Shown here: positions 58,195 through 64,000 of the stretch, piece by piece
Layout of the letters: each line of letters begins with the position of its first letter
Numbering within the stretch: position 1 is the first letter of the stretch
Source of the DNA: Acidithiobacillus sp.
GTDB taxonomy: Bacteria; Pseudomonadota; Gammaproteobacteria; Acidithiobacillales; Acidithiobacillaceae
DNA: 64,000 nucleotides
NCBI RefSeq assembly: GCF_023256195.1
Contig: NZ_JAGDWX010000018.1
Span: 45,031-109,030 of the forward strand
Direction: 5' to 3'
Program-made: the position numbers and the translations under genes
Notes under the pieces: generated by a model
The model's database searches: none
What the model saw: only the letters and a program-made list of their open reading frames with translations
Told to the model about the DNA's origin: nothing

Positions 58195-60390
58195 TCAGCG
58201 AATCTGCCAATAGGCGCGCCCCCGGCCGCCGCTCAGTTCAAGCCGCCCAGCGCCATAGCTCCAGACCTTACCGCCCCCTTCGCCGAGGTAGTGTATGCTG
58301 CTGCGGGGTGCAGCACCCTCCAGACGCTGACGTTGCCAGGCGCTCAAGGTGGCCGGCGCGAGTATCACCCGCAGACCACGGAGGTTTTGGCGATGCAGGA
58401 GACGCTCGGTGCCGACGTCATCGAGGTCGCCGAGGATGAGCAGCTCCGCCGGTCGCGGCAGGGCCAGGATACAAGGCTGAACGGCTGCCACCTGCCAGAA
58501 GCTCAGCTGCGCTGGTGCGCGATCGGGACGGCACTGGTCGGCCGCGGCGGCGGGCGTGGCAGGGTCCCGAGTCCCCGGCGGCAGAAAGACCCGCGCCGCA
58601 GGCGGTGTCTTGCTGGGACTGGACAAATCGCCGCGCACCCAGAGACTCAGGCGCGCGACCCCGGCCTGCTGAAGTCGGGCGTCGATACCGGCGGCGGCCG
58701 TCCGCTGGCTCTCCTTGTCCCAGAGATTGGCCGTATACAGTCCGCTTTGACGACCCTGTTGCCAGAAAACAGCCATGCCACTTCCCGCCGGTATTTCCTC
58801 CAGTCGCAGCCCCTCTGCAGCCGGGCTCGGGACCAGCAGGGGAACGAAACCCAGAACCCCGATCCAGCGCTGCGGCCAGCGCACCGGCAGCAGAAAGGTG
58901 GCAAAGGCGAGGGTGGCAGCGGCAATGGCCCAATACCGACCCTGCCCGGTGCTGACCCGCGCCCAGGGAATCTGCAGCAGGGCGTGCAGCAGCGCCGATA
59001 CCCCTTCCATCTCCAGGGCTACCAAGCGGAAGATCAGACGATAGAGCCATTCAAAATCGAACAGGGCGAAGAGTGCCCCAAGCAGGGTCAAGGGTACGGC
59101 CAGGAGCTCCACGAGCGGAATCACCAGGATATTGGCCAGGGGTGAGATGAGCGACACCATACCGAAGAGGGCGGCGATGAGCGGCAGCAGGGCAACGGAA
59201 ATCGTCCACTGGCTCTCCAGCTGCCGCCTCCAGTTGCCCTCCTCGAAGCCTATGAGTAGAAGAACACTCACCGCCAGGATGGATAGCCAGAAACCCAGAT
59301 CCACGACGTTGCCGGGATTGGCCAGCACCATGGCCGCGATGGCAGCGGCGAGACCGGCCCAGGCGCTGTGCCGCCTTCCCAGCAAGGCGGCCAAGGCCGC
59401 CACCGTGATCATCCAGGCCGCTCGCTCTCCAGGGGTCTGCATACCGGCAATGAAGGCGTAGATCCAGGCCATGGGAATACCCGCAAGGATGGCTACCTGC
59501 TGGGCCGGCCAGCGGGCGCTCCAAGGGGTGCGGCGCCAGAGAAAGCGCCAGAACAGTACCCACATGCCGGTCACCACGGCAACGTGGGATCCGGAGATGA
59601 CCAGGAGGTGGGCGGTCCCGGTGTCGCGGTACCATTGCCAGACCTCCGCGGGAATCTGGTTGCCAAGGCCGATGCTGAGGGCCTGGATATAGCCGGCGCG
59701 ACTGCGGCTGAGGGCCGCATTGCTGCGCTCCAGGATGGTCTGACGCATCCGGGCGAGGAAGTCCAGGGGGGATCCGGTGGATGGCGGCCGCAGCTCGGCG
59801 TGCAGGATCTTGCCCGTACCCTGCACACCGTCCCAGAAACGCTGTCGGGCGAGATCCATGTAGGGGCTTTGCCGCAGACTGGCCAACGATTCCGTGCGTA
59901 CCCGCAGGCGCCAGGCCTGGGCCGGGACGGGGGGCTCCGGCAGGGCGCCGTGCAGTTCCAGAAGCGCCGGAGGATGCGCCACCAGACGCCCGTCCACGCG
60001 CAACTCGGAGGGAGCCAGCCGGAAGCGGTACTCACGCTGCTGCAATTGGGGAAAACCGTCGATCCGACCGACCACCTCCAGATCCCGGCCTGCAGGCAGA
60101 ACCTGCTCCAGGCGCTGCAGGGCCTGGAGGTTGCTCCACAGAAAGGCCGCCGCCGCGATACTGAGGAGGAGCGCCGGACGCCAGCGCCAAGCGAGCAGGA
60201 GGCCGAGGCCAAAAAGCACGACGGCTGGGGCCATGGGTGGCAGGTTGCGCCAGAACTGAAAAGTCGCCACACCCGCCAGGATGGCAAGACTGACCGCCAG
60301 CATACCCGGCCAAGTTTTGGCCCAGAGCGGTCCAGCGCGTACACTAGGCGCTCTCTGGGACGACTGGATCACACTTGCGCCTGCCTGCAT
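58195..60390 (-). CDS. comEC: ComEC/Rec2-family DNA internalisation protein
   Basis: 731 aa and polytopic. Competence-domain motif TAHLLVISGSHVAVV. The start is uncertain (ATG 60390 or 60303). Confidence 0.85.
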   Translation of the reverse strand: MQAGASVIQSSQRAPSVRAGPLWAKTWPGMLAVSLAILAGVATFQFWRNLPPMAPAVVLFGLGLLLAWRWRPALLLSIAAAAFLWSNLQALQRLEQVLPAGRDLEVVGRIDGFPQLQQREYRFRLAPSELRVDGRLVAHPPALLELHGALPEPPVPAQAWRLRVRTESLASLRQSPYMDLARQRFWDGVQGTGKILHAELRPPSTGSPLDFLARMRQTILERSNAALSRSRAGYIQALSIGLGNQIPAEVWQWYRDTGTAHLLVISGSHVAVVTGMWVLFWRFLWRRTPWSARWPAQQVAILAGIPMAWIYAFIAGMQTPGERAAWMITVAALAALLGRRHSAWAGLAAAIAAMVLANPGNVVDLGFWLSILAVSVLLLIGFEEGNWRRQLESQWTISVALLPLIAALFGMVSLISPLANILVIPLVELLAVPLTLLGALFALFDFEWLYRLIFRLVALEMEGVSALLHALLQIPWARVSTGQGRYWAIAAATLAFATFLLPVRWPQRWIGVLGFVPLLVPSPAAEGLRLEEIPAGSGMAVFWQQGRQSGLYTANLWDKESQRTAAAGIDARLQQAGVARLSLWVRGDLSSPSKTPPAARVFLPPGTRDPATPAAAADQCRPDRAPAQLSFWQVAAVQPCILALPRPAELLILGDLDDVGTERLLHRQNLRGLRVILAPATLSAWQRQRLEGAAPRSSIHYLGEGGGKVWSYGAGRLELSGGRGRAYWQIR

Positions 60391-60938
60391 TTCTTCGCCT
60401 GCCTCGCCGTGAGGAAATCTTGCGACGGCGCCCTCTCGGGCGCTTCACCCACTATCTGGCGCGCAGTGCCTACTGGCAGCTCCATCGCCGTAATGTCGCC
60501 CGGGGTGCTGCCATCGGCACATTCATCGGCGCTTTACCCTACTTCGGCCACGTCGCTACCATCCTGATCCTTTGTCTCTGGCGACGCGCCTACATCCCCA
60601 TCGCCGTGCTCATGCCCTTCGTCGTGACCGGCCCCTTCACCCTCGTGCCCTTTTTCTATGCCGCCTATCAGGTGGGATACGCCCTGCTGCGGCGGCTCCA
60701 CATGGCCCCCGCTCTGACCATCCATTATGCCGACATCCAGCGTCTCGTCCATGGCCACGTGCACCTGGCGACCATGGGCAACCGTCTGTGGCACGCCTAC
60801 CTCATCACCTGGGTCGGCAGCGTGATCCTGGGGACCTTGCTGTCCCTCACGGTCTATTGGGGAGTACGGATCGGCTGGCGCTTCTGGGTGATGGTACGGG
60901 TCTGGCGTCGACGTCGTCGGCGTCAGGCCACGTCCTAG
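60375..60938 (+). CDS. DUF2062 membrane protein
   Basis: 187 aa, TTG start. RNVARGAAIGTFIGALP followed by TM segments is typical of DUF2062. Sits between comEC and lolD, the same gene order I recall from Pseudomonas. Confidence 0.7.
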   Translation: MRLPAFLRLPRREEILRRRPLGRFTHYLARSAYWQLHRRNVARGAAIGTFIGALPYFGHVATILILCLWRRAYIPIAVLMPFVVTGPFTLVPFFYAAYQVGYALLRRLHMAPALTIHYADIQRLVHGHVHLATMGNRLWHAYLITWVGSVILGTLLSLTVYWGVRIGWRFWVMVRVWRRRRRRQATS

Positions 60939-61675
60939 TTCCCAACGCTGCGGGTGTCTGCCAGGGGCGCCTGCGCCGAATGGGTATCGCCGGCCGTGTC
61001 CTGGAGGCGACCGTCGCGTAGGTGCAGCACCCTTTCCATGCGCGCCGCCAAGGCTGGCTCATGGGTAACCACCACCAGGGCGGTACCCAGCTCGGCGTTG
61101 AGCTCGAGCATCAGGCGATGCACGCGCTCTGCCGAGGCGCTGTCGAGATTGCCCGTGGGTTCATCGGCCAGCAGCAAAGCCGGACGATTGACCAGCGCCC
61201 GTGCCAAGGCTACCCGCTGACGCTCACCGCCCGACAGCATGCCAGGCTTGTGCTGCAGCCGTTCGCCCAGTCCCACGCGTTCCAGCAGCTCTCGCGCCCA
61301 GGGCTCTACTCGCCGTCGCCGCTCGCGCCGCACCAGCAGCGGCATCAAGACGTTTTCCAGGGCCGTGAATTCCGGTAACAGGCGGTGCAACTGGTAGACA
61401 AAACCGATGTGACGATTGCGCAGGGCCGAGCGTTTGGCCTCGGAGAGTGCGTAGACGTCCTGGTCGAGGATCCGCACCTGCCCCGCCGTGGGCCGTTCGA
61501 GACTGCCCATGACGTGCATGAGCGTGCTCTTGCCCTGACCCGAGGCACCGACGATGGCCAGGCGCTCCCCCGCCCGGACACGCAACTCGATATCGCGCAG
61601 CACCTCGAGGCGCGTCCGCCCCAGGGTATAGCCGTGCCGCAGGTGCTCCACCGCCAGTACCGGCGCCTCACTCAT
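60935..61675 (-). CDS. lolD: Lipoprotein-releasing ABC transporter ATPase
   Basis: Walker A GASGQGKST, signature LSGGERQRVALARAL and Walker B LLADEPTGNLD. Confidence 0.92.
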   Translation of the reverse strand: MSEAPVLAVEHLRHGYTLGRTRLEVLRDIELRVRAGERLAIVGASGQGKSTLMHVMGSLERPTAGQVRILDQDVYALSEAKRSALRNRHIGFVYQLHRLLPEFTALENVLMPLLVRRERRRRVEPWARELLERVGLGERLQHKPGMLSGGERQRVALARALVNRPALLLADEPTGNLDSASAERVHRLMLELNAELGTALVVVTHEPALAARMERVLHLRDGRLQDTAGDTHSAQAPLADTRSVGN

Positions 61676-62912
61676 AGCGCAGCGCCTCCGCCGGATCCAC
61701 CCGCGCTGCCCGCCAGGACGGATACAGAGTCGCCAGCCAGCTCATGAGCAGGGCCGCCAAGGCGACGTGGATGACATCGCGCAGTTCCAGACGGGAGGGC
61801 AGCTGGCTGATGGAATAGACCTCCGGCGAGAGAAACTGGACGTGGAAGAAATGCTCGATGGCCGGCACCAAGGTGGGTATGTTCAGCGCCAGGAGGACAC
61901 CACCAGCGACGCCCAGGGCGGTCCCGAAGAGGCCGATGACGGCTCCCTGGATCATGAAGATGAGCTGGATGCTGCGCGGCCGCACCCCCAGGGTGCGCAG
62001 GATGGCAATATCCGCTTCTTTGTCCGTCACCACCATGACCAGGGTGGCGACGATGTTGAAGGCGGCCACGGCGATGATCAAAGAGAGGATCACGAACATG
62101 ACGATCTTCTCCATACCCAGAGCCTTGAAGAAATTCTCGTGGGTCTGTGTCCAGTCCTGCACGTAGAAGGCCGGCCCCAGACGGGTCTGGAGATCCTTGG
62201 CAAAGGCTGGCGCGGCAAAGGGATCGCGGATCTGCATGCGCAGCCCTGTCACCCCTTGGTCGAGGCCATAGAGCCGCTGCGCGTCCTTCAAGGAAATATA
62301 GGCCATGCCGCTGTCGTAGGCATAGATGCCCACGGAGAAAAGTCCCACCACCGTGAATTGCCGCAGTCGCGGCGTTACCCCGAGGGGCGTCACGCCGCCT
62401 TGGGGCGAGATCAGGGTCACCTTGCCACCGACGCCGACGCCCAGCTGTCGCGCCAAGGCCCGCCCAAGCACGATACCCCAGTCCTGCGTCTGCAGGGCAT
62501 CGAGATTCCCTGCTTTCATGTCGGCGCCCAGACGATTCACCCGACCTTCGAGACGCGGATCGATGCCCTCCACTACGGCGCCGCTGACGAGACCGTCGTG
62601 GGAGAGCATGGCCTGGGCCTGGACGTAGGGAGCCACCCCGGTCACCCCCGGCAGGCGCTCCAGACGCCGTACCGCCACCGGCCAGTCCAGGACCGGCACG
62701 CCATTGCCCTGGACGATGATGTCGGAGGTCACAGCGAGGATGCGCGAACGCAGGGTGTGGTCGAAACCGTTCATGACCGCCATGACGGCGATGAGGGCCG
62801 CTACTCCCACGACCATGCCCAGAATGGCGGTGCCGGTGATGAAGGAGATGAAGTGGTTGCGCCGCTTGGCCCGGGTATAGCGCAGACCGATCCAGAGTTC
62901 GTAGGGAGTCAC
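61668..62912 (-). CDS. lolC: Lipoprotein-releasing system permease (LolC/LolE family)
   Basis: 414 aa with MacB/FtsX topology and a large periplasmic loop. The GTG start overlaps the lysS stop as GTGA. Confidence 0.92.
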   Translation of the reverse strand: MTPYELWIGLRYTRAKRRNHFISFITGTAILGMVVGVAALIAVMAVMNGFDHTLRSRILAVTSDIIVQGNGVPVLDWPVAVRRLERLPGVTGVAPYVQAQAMLSHDGLVSGAVVEGIDPRLEGRVNRLGADMKAGNLDALQTQDWGIVLGRALARQLGVGVGGKVTLISPQGGVTPLGVTPRLRQFTVVGLFSVGIYAYDSGMAYISLKDAQRLYGLDQGVTGLRMQIRDPFAAPAFAKDLQTRLGPAFYVQDWTQTHENFFKALGMEKIVMFVILSLIIAVAAFNIVATLVMVVTDKEADIAILRTLGVRPRSIQLIFMIQGAVIGLFGTALGVAGGVLLALNIPTLVPAIEHFFHVQFLSPEVYSISQLPSRLELRDVIHVALAALLMSWLATLYPSWRAARVDPAEALRYE

Positions 62913-64000
62913 GTCTGCTCCGGGCGTAGGTGGGGGAAGAGGATGACCTCACGAATGCTGGCCTGATCCGCCAGAAGCATCACCAAACGATCCACACCCA
63001 GACCCACGCCCGCCGTAGGCGGCATCCCATATTCCAAGGCGCGGATGTAATCGGCATCGAAGAACATGGCCTCTTCGTCGCCGGCATCCTTGGCCGCCAC
63101 CTGAGCGCGGAAACGGGCTGCCTGATCCTCCGGATCGTTCAGCTCCGAGAAGCCATTGGCCAGCTCCCGTCCGGCGATGAAAAGCTCGAAACGGTCCGTC
63201 AGTTCCGGATCCTCACTGGAGCGCCGCGCCAAGGGGCTGACTTCCAGGGGATAATCGGTGATGAAAGTAGGCTGCATCAGGCGCGCTTCCACCGTTTTTT
63301 CAAAGAGTTCCAGTAGACGTTTGCCCCAGCCCCAGTCCGCTGGGCAGTGCGCTCCCAGCTGGTGCAGTTTGTCGCCGAGGATCTGCGGATCGCGCAGATC
63401 GGCTTGGGCGAGGTCGGGATGGTGCTGCCGCACCGCCTCCGTCACGCTCAGACGCAGAAAGGGCTGGCCGAGATCGATGGTCAAACCCTGATACTGGATC
63501 TCGGTGCTGCCCAGGGCTGCCAGGGCGGCGGCGCGGATGAGGGCCTCACAGCGGTCCATGGCCATGGCATAGTCGGCGTAGGCTTCGTACCACTCGAGCA
63601 TGGTGAACTCGGGATTGTGTCGGGTAGACACTCCCTCGTTGCGGAAGTTGCGGTTGATCTCGAAGACTCGCTCCAACCCACCCACGATCAAGCGCTTCAG
63701 ATAGAGCTCCGGAGCGATACGTAGATAGAGGGTCATGTCCAGGGCGTGGTGATGGGTGATGAAGGGACGGGCCGTGGCACCCCCAGGAATGGGCTGCATC
63801 ATGGGCGTTTCCACCTCGATGAAACCATCGGCCGTGAGGGCGCTGCGCAGGGCCGCCACGGTCTCGCTGCGGATGCGGAAGGTCCGCCGCGCCGCCTCCG
63901 TGACGATGAGGTCCACATAGCGTTGGCGAAAGCGGGTCTCCGGGTCGCTCAGGCCGTGCCACTTCTCCGGCAAAGGACGCAGAGCCTTGGCCAGCAGCTC
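62909..64000 (-). CDS. lysS: Lysine--tRNA ligase, class II (5' end lies outside the window)
   Basis: Catalytic-domain motifs [19 protein letters not shown] and [18 protein letters not shown]. The reading frame stays open to the window edge. Confidence 0.93.
   Translation of the reverse strand, partial: ELLAKALRPLPEKWHGLSDPETRFRQRYVDLIVTEAARRTFRIRSETVAALRSALTADGFIEVETPMMQPIPGGATARPFITHHHALDMTLYLRIAPELYLKRLIVGGLERVFEINRNFRNEGVSTRHNPEFTMLEWYEAYADYAMAMDRCEALIRAAALAALGSTEIQYQGLTIDLGQPFLRLSVTEAVRQHHPDLAQADLRDPQILGDKLHQLGAHCPADWGWGKRLLELFEKTVEARLMQPTFITDYPLEVSPLARRSSEDPELTDRFELFIAGRELANGFSELNDPEDQAARFRAQVAAKDAGDEEAMFFDADYIRALEYGMPPTAGVGLGVDRLVMLLADQASIREVILFPHLRPEQT

Noticed and set aside
59368-62966. 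Two 399-aa plus-strand ORFs (59368-60567 and 61767-62966)
   Set aside because: They are antisense to comEC and lolC respectively. The real genes on the opposite strand have clear membrane-protein signatures.

Overview
GC-rich, very gene-dense chromosomal window from a Gram-negative proteobacterium. The gene order resembles beta/gamma-proteobacteria and Acidithiobacillia, and prk plus rhodanese fit an autotroph; this taxonomic placement is inference only. I see about 70 CDS, nearly all housekeeping. In order: rfbD-rfbB; glgA; nth; an L,D-transpeptidase convergent with an Lpp-like lipoprotein. On the minus strand, the rpoN envelope/PTS-Ntr supercluster (kdsD-kdsC-lptC-lptA-lptB-rpoN-hpf-ptsN-hprK-rapZ-EIIA(Man)). 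Then amgK-murU divergent from lptD-surA; an ABC-2 permease; ibaG-grxD-murA-hisGDCBHAFIE-tatABC; a heavy-metal RND efflux operon (adaptor, pump, outer-membrane factor); a sugar-porter MFS with a small ParB/Srx-like ORF; glgB; nfeD plus an SPFH protein; metK-(SAH riboswitch)-ahcY-metF-prk; a PfkB kinase; rhodanese; ppa. Finally exbB-exbD-DUF374-WaaA-like-lpxK-ycaR-kdsB; comEC; DUF2062; lolCD; and a truncated lysS. I found no rRNA, tRNA, CRISPR array, IS element, integrase or obvious defence island. The points I would look at again are: (1) an elongated Braun-lipoprotein-like protein next to a YkuD transpeptidase; (2) two atypical Kdo-transferase-like ORFs, one a free-standing C-terminal half and one full-length with a degenerate nucleotide-sugar motif; (3) an SAH riboswitch inside the methyl-cycle operon; (4) a His-rich membrane ORF ahead of the RND system; (5) a ParB/Srx-like mini-protein coupled to an MFS transporter; (6) several small orphan ORFs. 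All homology calls come from motif recognition by eye. No searches were run and no statistics were computed.
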